Origin: an uncultured Bdellovibrionales bacterium
Lineage (GTDB): Bacteria; Patescibacteriota; Minisyncoccia; Moranbacterales; DUUL01
Direction of reading: 5' to 3'
DNA length: 64,000 nucleotides
Assembly: GCA_964556685.1 (NCBI GenBank)
Contig: CAZKWX010000003.1
Location: 78 to 64,077, forward strand
The position numbers and the translations under genes were made by a program. Under the pieces are notes generated by a model. It saw only the letters and a program-made list of their open reading frames with translations, was not told the origin of the DNA and searched no databases. This document shows positions 28,564 through 36,672 of this stretch, in pieces. Within the stretch, counting starts at the first letter, position 1; each line of letters opens with the position of its first letter.

Positions 28564-31500
28564 TTATTTTGAATTATTTTTCCCTTCTTCCAGTCGTTCT
28601 TTTTTTTCTTCTGAGTCAATTTCTTTGACTATTCTGGCCACTTCATCATAAGAAGTCTCGCCTAACAAAACTCTCAAGATGCCATCTTGAGCCATGGTCA
28701 TCATTCCCTCTTCGATGGCCTCTTTTCTAATTTCGCTAGTAGTGGGATTCTTAGCCAAAAATGTTTCCATCTCCGGATTAATTTCAAGCATCTCAGCAAT
28801 AGGAATTCTTCCTTGATAGCCAATGTCGCTGCACTTTTCACAGCCCACTGGATCATATATCTTTTTAATTGGGGGTGTTTTTATTCCTGTTTTGGGAGAA
28901 AGCTCTTCGAGTGCTTCGTTGATCTCTTCTTTTTCTGAATCAGTTGGCCTTCTTCCTTTTCGACAATCAGGACAAAGTTTTCGCACCAACCTTTGAGCGA
29001 TGAAGCAATTGGTTCCAGCAATCATATCAGAAAGACTCAGTCCCATATTAACTAGGCGCTGAATTGATCCAGCCGCACTGTTGGTGTGCAAGGTGCTCAA
29101 AACCAAATGGCCAGTTAGAGCCGCTTGATAGGCCGCTTCGGCTGTGTCACCATCCCGAATTTCACCCACCATCATAATGTCAGGATTTTGTCGGAGCAAG
29201 GCCCTGATAGCTGTTGCAAAAGTGTAGTCTTCTTTTTCTTTAATTTGAGTTTGAATAATCCCATCCAGTTGATATTCGATTGGATCTTCAACGGTAATTA
29301 TTTTTGATTCAGGACTATTAAGATAGGTCAAAGCACTATAGAGAGTAGTTGTTTTTCCGCTGCCGGTTGGCCCAGTGTTGATGATGATTCCATTGGGCTT
29401 CTTGATGTTGCGTTTGAGTTTTTCCAAGTTGAGTGGATGCAAGTTTAATTTTTCAAGTTCAGTCGCCTGAGCTGCTTGGTTGAGCAAGCGCATCACGATA
29501 ATGTCTCCGAAGCCACCCAAAATGATCGAGACTCTCACGTCAATTCTTTTATCTTTGATTTCTTTCATGTCATCGGGAACACTAATTCTGAACCTTCCAT
29601 CAATCACCCCTTGTCTGATTTGAGTTTTGAATCCAGAAAGGTTTTTGATTTCATTCAAAACATTTAAAAATTCGGTCATCGGCAATCTCACAATATCATG
29701 TAAAATTCCGTCGATTCTGAATCGAACTTTAAAGTCATTTTCCCCTGGTTCAATGTGAATATCACCCGCTCTCATGAACAGCGCTGCCGAAAGAACATAC
29801 TTAATGATCTCACTCAGAGAAGCCTTCTGAAGTTTTGTTTCCAATTTTTCATAATCTTTGGATAGTTTTTTAGTTTTATCCATAATTTCTTTTTCAATCA
29901 TGACTCCTCTTGAAAGAGATTGAATGACAATCTTTTCATAGATTTTCATGAGATATTCTCCTGTTCCAACCACTCGTTGCAATTCTTCCAGTGATGTTGT
30001 TCCTTGGATAGATTTTAGAATTCCATCTTGTTCATAGGTGATCATGCCATTCTCCAACGAAGCAATTCTTAAATCATCTTCAGTGGCAATTTTTTCAATC
30101 AGGTTTCTAATGTCATCATTGATAGTCATAACTTCAAAAATTCCTGTTCTCCCTCGATAGCCCAGCCCTTGACACTTGTGACATCCTTTTGGCCGCCAAA
30201 GATATTCTACCTTTTTAGGGATTTCCACCTTTGATTTGGGAGAAATTAACGAGAGCATCTTTTTGAGAGTGGTGATTGTTTCTTCGGCCGGCACATATTT
30301 TTCTTTACAATGAAAACAAAGTTTTCGCACCAATCTCTGGGCAATAAGACAATTTACGGCCGAAGCAATCAGGGCGGGTTTGACTCCCAAGTCAATCATG
30401 CGGCCAACTACTCCCGCTGAGCTGTTTGAGTGGATAGTGGTTAACACTAAATGACCGGTCAAGGCTGCATGGATTGCAATTTCGGCTGTAGCTTCATCCC
30501 GAATTTCACCCACTAAAATAATATCTGGGTCTTGACGAACAATTGAGCGAAGGCCTTTTTCAAAAGTATAACCCTTTTCATCCTCTACTTGAGTTTGACT
30601 AACTCCTGAAACTTGATATTCCACTGGATCTTCAATGCTAATAACTTTTTTGTCGGGAGAATTTATTCGATTGATGATTGAATAGAGAGTAGTAGTTTTA
30701 CCGCTGCCGGTTGGTCCAGAGTTGATGATCATGCCTTGCTTTCTCTCTGATTCAGCTACTAGCCAATCATAACTCAACCCAGTCAATCCTGCTTTTTTGA
30801 GATCAAGTTCTTCGATGTCTTGACCCAACAGTCGAATCACAATATTTTCTCCGTGATTGCCAGGAAGCACTGAAACTCGAACATCAATTTCATCTCCCTT
30901 TTCTTCGTCAAGTTTGATGGAAAACCTTCCATCTTGAGCAACTTCTCTCACATTGACCATCATTTTGCTCAATATTTTTATTCGAGACAAAATTGTGGGA
31001 TAGATGTTGATGGAAAATTCCGCTACCGTCTGAAGCACCCCATCAATTCGGTAACGCAACCTGACTTTCTCGTCTTTTTCTGGTTCAAAGTGAATATCCG
31101 ATGCTCTGAGTTTCATCGCTCCAGCAAAAATCATATTCAGAACCTCAGTCACTGGGAGTTCGTTAATTCTTTTTTCCAAATCAATAACTCCTTCGAGATC
31201 TTTTTCGAACTCTTCCAGATCTCTCCCCTTCAGATTCATCCTCATATAGTCAAAGACCTCAGTTAGTCTAGTCTTTTTGTATTCGCCTAGCGCTGCTTCG
31301 AAAGAAGTTTTTGAAACTACAAATACTTCAACTTTATAGCCCTCTTTTTTCTCCAAATTTTCCAGATAGGTTTTAACTTCCTTAGGCTGCGGATTAACAG
31401 CAGCGACCTTGATGTCTTTTTCCTTCCGGTAGATGGCCATCAGATTTAACTTTTTGGCCTCTGTCTCAGGAACAACCCAAATGCTTTCCTGATCAATGGG

Positions 31501-31668
31501 AAAGATATTCAAATCTAAGTAGGGGTAGTTCAAGGACTTGGCAAATCGAGCCGCTTCTTCCTCCTCTGACTTCTGGCGAAGCGTTTTCAGCACTTTGCGA
31601 ACTTTTGTGGGATCGGCCATTCCTGGATTATGGATTTTTTTTGTTTTTTTATTTTCTTTTTTTGGCAT
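28564..31668 (-). CDS. pilB: Tandemly duplicated type IV pilus / type II secretion ATPase (PilB/GspE-GspE fusion)
   Basis: 1034 aa; two complete GspE N-terminal + ATPase cores, each with Walker A GPTGSGKTTTLYS, Asp/His boxes and a C-terminal tetracysteine zinc module (CFHC..CHKC and CPDC..CEKC). Confidence 0.85.
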   Translation of the reverse strand: MPKKENKKTKKIHNPGMADPTKVRKVLKTLRQKSEEEEAARFAKSLNYPYLDLNIFPIDQESIWVVPETEAKKLNLMAIYRKEKDIKVAAVNPQPKEVKTYLENLEKKEGYKVEVFVVSKTSFEAALGEYKKTRLTEVFDYMRMNLKGRDLEEFEKDLEGVIDLEKRINELPVTEVLNMIFAGAMKLRASDIHFEPEKDEKVRLRYRIDGVLQTVAEFSINIYPTILSRIKILSKMMVNVREVAQDGRFSIKLDEEKGDEIDVRVSVLPGNHGENIVIRLLGQDIEELDLKKAGLTGLSYDWLVAESERKQGMIINSGPTGSGKTTTLYSIINRINSPDKKVISIEDPVEYQVSGVSQTQVEDEKGYTFEKGLRSIVRQDPDIILVGEIRDEATAEIAIHAALTGHLVLTTIHSNSSAGVVGRMIDLGVKPALIASAVNCLIAQRLVRKLCFHCKEKYVPAEETITTLKKMLSLISPKSKVEIPKKVEYLWRPKGCHKCQGLGYRGRTGIFEVMTINDDIRNLIEKIATEDDLRIASLENGMITYEQDGILKSIQGTTSLEELQRVVGTGEYLMKIYEKIVIQSLSRGVMIEKEIMDKTKKLSKDYEKLETKLQKASLSEIIKYVLSAALFMRAGDIHIEPGENDFKVRFRIDGILHDIVRLPMTEFLNVLNEIKNLSGFKTQIRQGVIDGRFRISVPDDMKEIKDKRIDVRVSIILGGFGDIIVMRLLNQAAQATELEKLNLHPLNLEKLKRNIKKPNGIIINTGPTGSGKTTTLYSALTYLNSPESKIITVEDPIEYQLDGIIQTQIKEKEDYTFATAIRALLRQNPDIMMVGEIRDGDTAEAAYQAALTGHLVLSTLHTNSAAGSIQRLVNMGLSLSDMIAGTNCFIAQRLVRKLCPDCRKGRRPTDSEKEEINEALEELSPKTGIKTPPIKKIYDPVGCEKCSDIGYQGRIPIAEMLEINPEMETFLAKNPTTSEIRKEAIEEGMMTMAQDGILRVLLGETSYDEVARIVKEIDSEEKKERLEEGKNNSK

Positions 31669-31761
31669 TTTAGTAATATTTGAAGTAATTCACTTATGAT
31701 GAATCACTTTAATTATATCAATTTAAAAGGGGCTTGGAAACCCCTGTTTTTAGTCTATCTT

Positions 31762-32610
31762 TTAGTCTTCCGTTCTCTCTTTCAGCTCCTGCCATTTTTT
31801 GATCGAAAGATCTTCTGCTCTGACTTTTTCATCTAATTCAATGTCATTGAGTATTTTTTTAATTTCATTTTTTGGCTGGTATAGTCCGGCTGAAAGATTG
31901 TTCACTAGAGTTTTCCTCGGTGAAGCAAAACCAATTTTGACTAAATGGAAAAAGTCTTTATTTTGTTGAGGTTTCTTTTTAAATGGAATGATCTTCAAAA
32001 TTGCACTATCCACTTTTGGCACTGGTTCAAAGCTCTCTTTGGGAACACAATCAATAATTTCTGGCTTTCCAAAATATTGTACCGACACAGCCAAGATGCT
32101 CATATCTCCTGGCTGGGCGCAAATTCGTTCAGCCACTTCTTTTTGAATTAATAATACAATTAATTTTGGCATATACTCTGTCTCAAAAAGCAAACGAATT
32201 ATTTTTCCCGTTATATAGTACGGAATATTGGCTACTACTTTGTAGTCTTGGAAATTGTTTTTTTCTATTAACTCGGGAAGGGTCACCTCTAAGATATCTC
32301 CTATTACAACTTGCGAAATTTTATTATTGAAATTATTGATATTATTAATTTGGTTTTTAGGCTTTGGACTTGATTGATAATTGATAATTGATAATTGATA
32401 ATTGTGCGCAAGACTCCTTGCCAACTCTTCATCTTTCTCAATAGCTATCACTCTTCCTGCATATGCAACTAATTCCTTTGTCAGCGCTCCCTTCCCTGGT
32501 CCAATCTCAAGAACATTGTCCTTCTTTGACAATTCTGCCGCTTTCACTATTTTTCCTAAGGCTTTTTGATCAACCAACCAATTCTGCCCAAGATATTTTT
32601 TCGGTTTCAT
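31762..32610 (-). CDS. rsmA: 16S rRNA (adenine1518/1519-N6)-dimethyltransferase RsmA/KsgA
   Basis: 282 aa; KYLGQNWLVD..VLEIGPGKGALT SAM-binding motif; contains a low-complexity insert encoded by a 7-bp microsatellite. Confidence 0.9.
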   Translation of the reverse strand: MKPKKYLGQNWLVDQKALGKIVKAAELSKKDNVLEIGPGKGALTKELVAYAGRVIAIEKDEELARSLAHNYQLSIINYQSSPKPKNQINNINNFNNKISQVVIGDILEVTLPELIEKNNFQDYKVVANIPYYITGKIIRLLFETEYMPKLIVLLIQKEVAERICAQPGDMSILAVSVQYFGKPEIIDCVPKESFEPVPKVDSAILKIIPFKKKPQQNKDFFHLVKIGFASPRKTLVNNLSAGLYQPKNEIKKILNDIELDEKVRAEDLSIKKWQELKERTED

Positions 32611-32645
32611 TTTTATACATAATACTTAATACGTGATACATAATA

Positions 32646-33587
32646 CTATTCTAAAATCTCTTCCACTTTCACTTCAATCACCCCTTTCCCCAATGGAGCC
32701 AGTTTTTCGAAAGCCACTTTGTCTAAATCTATCATCTTTCCTGTTCCGCGCATAGGTCCAAAGTCATTAACTTGCACAAAAACTCGTTTGCCATTTTCTC
32801 GATTGGTCACTCGCAGCCAAGTTCCTCGCGGGAACATTCGGGAAGCGCAAGCCATGGTGCCGGCGTGGGTATACCAACTGGCCACTCCCACCTTGGTCTT
32901 GCCCACTTCCACTTTGGTGCCGATTCGCACAATTTCTTTCACTGGCTTTTTGAGCACTTTGGAAGAGAGTTCTTCTTTGGAAATTTTTTTGCCATTTTTA
33001 TAGGTAACTCGATAAGTTACTTCCTCTAAGCCTTTTTCACCTTCTTGTTTAACCTTTTTTCTTCTCCAGCGCAAATCATCATCTTCTTTCTCCACTGTTT
33101 TAAAATCGATCTTTTCTTCCGCCGTCACTTCTTCAATGTTAATTCGGGTTACCACAATCTCCATATCTTTTTGCAAAACCGTGTCTTTCCCTGGTTCCAC
33201 TTTGTCCAGATGACTCATCGTCACCCCGGTTCCAGCTAGCGCCCCGGAAACACTGGTGGCAAAAACATTTTTCTCAATTACTCTACGGTCCACTTCGATC
33301 ACGACCGGCATGGCTCGTTCAATTTCCACTGTCAATCCCGGTGTCACTCGAGCTGCCAATCCTGGATAGACTCGATCATCAGCTCCCAAGCTGATTCCCT
33401 GGCTTTCAATCAAGCTTTTTACGTTTTCAACACTTGAATTTATGTTGTAACGAAAGCCATTATCTACTAAAATAACATTTTTTTCTCCCGAAAAATTCAC
33501 CTGTCTCTTCCCAAACCAAAAAGCTCCCGCTCTGGCTCCCAGCAGAATCAAAACTAAAAGAAAAGTTATGAAAATCGCCCTTTTCAT
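32646..33587 (-). CDS. G5-domain and 3D/RlpA-like (DPBB) domain cell-wall protein (YabE/Rpf-like architecture)
   Basis: 313 aa; N-terminal TM; G5-like VTYRVTYKNGK; C-terminal GVASWYTHAGTMACASRMFPRGTWLRVTNRENGKRVFVQVNDFGP DPBB motif. Confidence 0.6.
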   Translation of the reverse strand: MKRAIFITFLLVLILLGARAGAFWFGKRQVNFSGEKNVILVDNGFRYNINSSVENVKSLIESQGISLGADDRVYPGLAARVTPGLTVEIERAMPVVIEVDRRVIEKNVFATSVSGALAGTGVTMSHLDKVEPGKDTVLQKDMEIVVTRINIEEVTAEEKIDFKTVEKEDDDLRWRRKKVKQEGEKGLEEVTYRVTYKNGKKISKEELSSKVLKKPVKEIVRIGTKVEVGKTKVGVASWYTHAGTMACASRMFPRGTWLRVTNRENGKRVFVQVNDFGPMRGTGKMIDLDKVAFEKLAPLGKGVIEVKVEEILE

Positions 33588-33624
33588 CGACGATGATTAT
33601 AGCATAAGTATTTTATCTGGGTAG

Positions 33625-33668
33625 GGCCAAAAAATAGTATATACTATGGTATATACTATTTTTTGGCC
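33625..33668. repeat. Perfect 19-bp inverted repeat GGCCAAAAAATAGTATATA-CTATGG-TATATACTATTTTTTGGCC
   Basis: Perfect palindrome upstream of the 32646..33587 gene; core AGTATATACTAT(A/G)GTATATAC recurs at 9044-9066. Confidence 0.6.
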
Positions 33669-33852
33669 GATAAAACTTGAGTGCTTCTTCATCGCAAATT
33701 TTCTCTTTTGATACTATTTAATTATCTACAAGCTAATGATAGACAATGAGGTATTAAAAAACAAGGTGAACACCTTGTTTTTATCTGAGCCGAGACCAGG
33801 AATTGAACTCGCCCCGCACCAATACTTTCTTATCGCTTAAAAATCAATAGAA

Positions 33853-33906
33853 TGGAGCCGAAGACCGGGCTTGAACCGATAACCTACCGCTTACAAGGCG
33901 GTTGCC
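33853..33906 (-). pseudogene. 3' two-thirds fragment of a second tRNA-Thr(UGU) (anticodon arm, T arm, acceptor 3' strand, encoded CCA)
   Basis: GCAACCGCCTTGTAAGCGGTAGGTTATCGGTTCAAGCCCGGTCTTCGGCTCCA; no matching 5' acceptor strand nearby; lies 17 nt downstream of the intact tRNA-Thr(UGU). Confidence 0.5.
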
Positions 33907-33923
33907 CCGCCTGCCTATGCCTG

Positions 33924-33996
33924 AGCCCACGGTCGGGCTTGAACCGACAACCTACCGCTTACAAGGCGGTTGCTCTACCAATTGAGCTACGTGGGC
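33924..33996 (-). tRNA. tRNA-Thr (anticodon UGU)
   Basis: GCCCACG/CGTGGGC acceptor, D arm GCTCAATTGGTAGAGC, anticodon stem ACCGC/GCGGT with loop CUUGUAA, T arm GTCGGTTCAAGCCCGAC, discriminator U. Confidence 0.8.
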
Positions 33997-34384
33997 TTAG
34001 GCGAAGGCGGGCAGGTCTACCATTGAGTCCCGATGTACCGCAAGGCGGTAATCGGGACCCCGACTTCACGTCAGGGCTATCTCGGCAAGAAGAATCAGCG
34101 TCTGCACTTCGTAAACCCCGCTCTTTAACATAAACATAAAGGACGGGACGAGATAGTGGGCCACCTCGAGACGAAACTCGAAGGATGGGAAAATTGCCAA
34201 AACGGCGAAGTAAGAACCAACTGAGAAAAAAGCGAAAGTAGATGATCAGAAAAATAATTCTTGGATAGAGTAACAGTAATTAATTCAATCCATCAATCTG
34301 TATTTGATCATATGAAATAAAAACTGTAAAGCTGCAATAAATATTGAATTTATTTTATAAAATAAGAATGTCGATATTATATTC

Positions 34385-34789
34385 CTAATCGCGTCCAGAC
34401 ACAACAATTACATATCCAGCTGGGTCTCTAAAAGAAAATTCGTATGACCCATAATCAGTTTCAATCGGACCGGTTTCAACAGAACATTCCTTTTCACGCA
34501 GCTTTTCTAAAAGAGCCTTTGCGTAAGTTACCGGTTTAATCCGCATGACCAAAGCAAAATTTGGCTTGCCAGTCTCATTCGACACTCCGGAAAGCTCTTT
34601 GCTTAGATAGTCCAACCGTTCAAACATGAGCCGCGATGTTCCAGAAGAAATCTCGGCCCAAAACGGAATACCGCGCTCATCCTTCTCAATTTCTAATAGC
34701 TTGCATCCAAGAATATCAACATAAAAGTCTAAGACACTTTGGATGTCTCCAACACCTAATTCAAGAACGAATTGTGTACTTTTTTTCAT
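34385..34789 (-). CDS. VOC/glyoxalase-fold family protein
   Basis: 134 aa; MKKSTQFVLELGVGDIQSVLDFYVDILGCKLLE...FRDPAGYVIVV; SD AGGAGG upstream; bracketed by ~30-bp direct repeats. Confidence 0.7.
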   Translation of the reverse strand: MKKSTQFVLELGVGDIQSVLDFYVDILGCKLLEIEKDERGIPFWAEISSGTSRLMFERLDYLSKELSGVSNETGKPNFALVMRIKPVTYAKALLEKLREKECSVETGPIETDYGSYEFSFRDPAGYVIVVSGRD

Positions 34790-34871
34790 TATTCGGCCTC
34801 CTTCTTAGTTACTAGGACACAAATTGAAAAAGCCAGACCTCAAGGATGGGAAGATTGCTAAAACGGCGATA

Positions 34872-34957
34872 TGGTGGGCCGGGAGAGATTCGAACTCCCG
34901 TAGGCTTGCGCCGCCAGATTTACAGTCTGGTGCATTTGACCGCTCTGCCACCGACCC
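34872..34957 (-). tRNA. tRNA-Tyr (anticodon GUA), long variable arm, CCA encoded
   Basis: GGGTCGGTGGCAGAGCGGTCAAATGCACCAGACTGTAAATCTGGCGGCGCAAGCCTACGGGAGTTCGAATCTCTCCCGGCCCACCA. Confidence 0.85.
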
Positions 34958-35139
34958 ATGATTTGTCGCTTTTAAATTAATTTATAACGATTTGGTAGTG
35001 CCTGCACTTCGTAGCCTTGGTGTTTATAGCACAGATCTTTGAATTCTCAATTATCTGCCCTACTTCGCTACCTACTTCGCTAAAGCTACGAAGGTCAAGA
35101 AAGCTTCGAAGGGCACTACTTCACCAAGGCGAAGTAGTG

Positions 35140-35422
35140 AGCCGTTGCGCGGGGTTGAACCGCGGACCTCATCCTTCATTTACACCTCTATTTTAATTAG
35201 CACGATATTAGAGGATTAGACTGTATCTTAGACTTATCCTGAAAACACTTAGGACTTAGTCTCTCTTGTCAGTCGTTCGGGCCCTACTACGATAGTGCCA
35301 CGGTCTTGACCTCGTACCAGGCTTTTAACCGTTATTCGAGATTCACATTACTGTTTCCAATTATGTGGGCATGGACTCTTCGTCCCACCATGGATGCGCT
35401 CTACCAACTGAGCTACAACGGC
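35140..35422 (-). tRNA. tRNA-Thr (anticodon GGU) interrupted in the anticodon loop by a ~210-nt group-I-like intron
   Basis: Exon1 GCCGTTGTAGCTCAGTTGGTAGAGCGCATCCATGGT and exon2 AAGGATGAGGTCCGCGGTTCAACCCCGCGCAACGGCT form a complete cloverleaf; split after U36 gives U-ending 5' exon and G-ending intron; R/S-like elements AGAGACUAAGUCC and AAGAUACAGUCUAAUC. Confidence 0.6.
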
Positions 35423-35581
35423 ATTGAAGCAAAACATCTCTTATGAACTTGAGTTGCTGCTGATAAACAAAAAATTTTAGGGCGGTTCTGAAGTATATAA
35501 TTCCAAATTCTAACACTTTGTAGTGGTTCCTGAAATTTTTTTGTGAAGCAGTAGCAATTCAAGTGAATATTAATTTTGTAT

Positions 35582-36643
35582 TTATTTCAGTCTCTTGAGA
35601 AGCTTGATTTTTTCCAATTTTCTTCTCGCATCAGCGTCTCGAGCGGCAATTTGCAAAATAAATTTATATGACTCTTCAGCATCTTCATAGTTCCCCATTC
35701 TGATATACAGCTCTCCCAATTCTCGATAATTTTCAGTGTTCCGAGGATTTTTCTCGACTTTTTGAAGAATCTTTTTTTCCAGAATCTCCTTATCAACACC
35801 CAGTTCATCATCACTCAGCCCTTCTGTTTTTTGAATTGTCACCACATCGTTAAGAATATTTTCGTTGTCTTCCTCGCCATGTTTCTCCACTTTTACCACT
35901 CCATCAGAAAAACTTTCTTCGGTCATTGGGACGGTCGCATCACCAGCCACATAATCGACTCCTTTGATCTCTTCTTTTTTCTTTTTCCCAAACAGCCGAC
36001 CAAAAAATCCTTTTTTTGCTCCCGGCTCTCCAATCTCAACCCTTTCTTCTGTTTCATCGGCAATCACTTCTAGATTATTCCCTTCTGCGACTGCTTCCTG
36101 TTGAGCAGTCTCACTGATCATTGGTTTTGGCTGGGGAGATTCAGCTATCTCTGGAGTAGTATCAACTGCTTCGGTTGATTTTTGAGCCAGTCTCATCTTT
36201 TCAGCAATAAATTCTTCTTGAGCTGTGAATTGTTTCTTTGCTGCCTCTTCTTCAACATTGGCTAGGTCTTCATTGATAACTGTGTCAAGATTCTTTTCTT
36301 CTTCTATCAGCAATTCCTCCTTGGCCTCAATTTCATCTTGAACTCCATTGCCATTCTTGCCTTTTTTTGTCTTAATCAGCCAAAAATGAATCAGGTGGAG
36401 AAGTTTTTTGATCTTTTTCACAAACCATTCAGCGATGACAATGAAAAACTGTTTGATCTTGCTAAATATTAGAACGAAAAAACCAGCAATGGGATTTCTT
36501 TTCCTTTCTTCTCCGCCACTTTCCCTCGCTTCTTTTTCAATAGCTTTTAAATTGATTTTCTTTGCGTTCTTACCAAAAATGATGATGATAACAATCAAGC
36601 TAATAAAGATAAGGCCTATAAAAATGAGACTGATCAAATTCAT
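35582..36643 (-). CDS. Membrane-anchored TPR-repeat protein
   Basis: 353 aa; N-terminal TM; acidic linker; C-terminal TPR (NYRELGELYIRMGNYEDAEESYKFIL). Confidence 0.5.
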   Translation of the reverse strand: MNLISLIFIGLIFISLIVIIIIFGKNAKKINLKAIEKEARESGGEERKRNPIAGFFVLIFSKIKQFFIVIAEWFVKKIKKLLHLIHFWLIKTKKGKNGNGVQDEIEAKEELLIEEEKNLDTVINEDLANVEEEAAKKQFTAQEEFIAEKMRLAQKSTEAVDTTPEIAESPQPKPMISETAQQEAVAEGNNLEVIADETEERVEIGEPGAKKGFFGRLFGKKKKEEIKGVDYVAGDATVPMTEESFSDGVVKVEKHGEEDNENILNDVVTIQKTEGLSDDELGVDKEILEKKILQKVEKNPRNTENYRELGELYIRMGNYEDAEESYKFILQIAARDADARRKLEKIKLLKRLK

Positions 36644-36672
36644 TTTTGTAGAGTCGTTTAGTTAGATTAAAT

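Noticed and set aside
33852-34133. 93-aa ORF (MEPKTGLEPITYRLQGGCPACLC...)
   Set aside because: Translation of the antisense of tRNA-Thr, the tRNA fragment and a GC-rich structured segment; Arg/Pro-rich artefact
33997-34181. tmRNA, SRP RNA or RNase P RNA in the GC-rich segment
   Set aside because: No tRNA-like 3' end or tag ORF ending in a hydrophobic tail, no GGAAGCAGCC SRP motif, no GGAAAGUCCGG P4 core on either strand
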